The notes below the pieces were generated by a model that was not told the DNA's origin, made no database searches, and was given only the letters and a program-made list of their open reading frames with translations. 64,000 bases of DNA. It comes from Candidatus Marinacidobacterales bacterium. Its GTDB lineage: Bacteria > Acidobacteriota > Vicinamibacteria > Marinacidobacterales > SMYC01. Below are positions 63,506-64,000 of this stretch, one piece after another (position 1 is the first letter of the stretch; every line of letters starts with the position of its first letter). The stretch is from positions 480,001 through 544,000 of the forward strand of contig CBDCYI010000011.1 of NCBI GenBank assembly GCA_965224085.1, in the 5' to 3' direction. Position numbers and translations under genes: made by a program.

Positions 63506-63534
63506 TTTATACGTATTAGAGGTATCATTGTCAA
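63506..63534 (-). promoter_or_regulatory. Near-consensus sigma70 promoter for the HTH-que operon
   Basis: TTGACA-17 nt-TATAAA, leaving a very short leader before ATG 63491. Confidence 0.75.
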
Positions 63535-63562
63535 GGACTGCCCATTAGAATACCCTTCCCAC

Positions 63563-63704
63563 CGTCACACGAACGCGTGCGGCTCAACTATCGGGTCACT
63601 CGCTGAATACAATACCCTCCCCATAGGGAAATAGGCGAGATCCTGCTTGCTACCGCATGCGTTTCGTGTGACGACTGGCCCGGTGACCAATTCACCGGGC
63701 CAGT
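63563..63704. repeat. Long imperfect inverted repeat (63563-63582 / 63653-63673) followed directly by a perfect 13-bp hairpin (63674-63704)
   Basis: CGTCACACGAACGCGTGCGG ... CCGCATGCGTTTCGTGTGACG; ACTGGCCCGGTGA-CCAAT-TCACCGGGCCAGT. Confidence 0.8.
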
Positions 63705-63728
63705 AATCCACGAAAGGACGCTTCGAGA

Positions 63729-63971
63729 ATGCTCATGCGGAGATCAGCATTGTTTCTACTTATAGGTGTATTGGCTGGCTGTGGCGATGAGGGCGATAGT
63801 ACACCAACGTCCCCAGCGCCGGCACCAACCACAACTCGTCAACCAACGCCAAGGCCAGCGCCAGCACCCAGACGCCCAGCCGATATCAGCTTGGCCGGTG
63901 AATACGAATGCACTAGTGAACAACCACCGCCTAGAAGGCGGTGGCTTCAAGGGCTGTCAATTGGAAATTGA
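63729..63971 (+). CDS. Pro/Thr-rich lipoprotein, possibly truncated
   Basis: LAGC lipobox; PTSPAPAPTTT linker. Confidence 0.55.
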   Translation: MLMRRSALFLLIGVLAGCGDEGDSTPTSPAPAPTTTRQPTPRPAPAPRRPADISLAGEYECTSEQPPPRRRWLQGLSIGN

Positions 63972-64000
63972 CTGTCGTCGTGAAGAGGCTCGCCATCCTG

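Noticed and set aside
63492-63710. preQ1 riboswitch upstream of the que genes
   Set aside because: No AGAGGTTCTAG/A-rich-tail pattern is visible, and the promoter leaves a leader of only about 8 nt.

Overview
High-GC bacterial DNA. The gene repertoire (many Hanks-type kinases with PD40/TPR/PEGA/TonB domains, S9 peptidases, DUF5916, DUF885, CocE/NonD) suggests Acidobacteriota, Vicinamibacteria-like, but this is inference. The window is an accessory, heavily eroded region in which roughly 25 genes survive only as truncated, frameshifted or internally deleted remnants, interspersed with intact genes. Main points: (1) an IS256-family element with the same group II intron inserted at the identical position, 7 nt from the tip, in both terminal inverted repeats; the intron EBS1/EBS2 match the IR, and the right copy is 5'-truncated and fused in frame to the transposase; (2) two in-frame UGA codons followed by SECIS-like hairpins, one in a deiodinase-like CxxU/EF-hand protein and one, unexpectedly, in a cysteine-synthase/rhodanese fusion; (3) a decaying minus-strand tRNA array with atypical tRNA-Leu(GAG) and tRNA-Trp(CCA); (4) an HTH-queC-queE-queD-folE2' preQ0 operon cut off by an IS1-like end; (5) three intact type II TA operons with visible palindromic operators, a nucleotidyltransferase/small-protein pair, and an intact ISAzo13-family element. 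All family calls come from reading motifs by eye; no database searches were run. Some breaks could be assembly or long-read errors.
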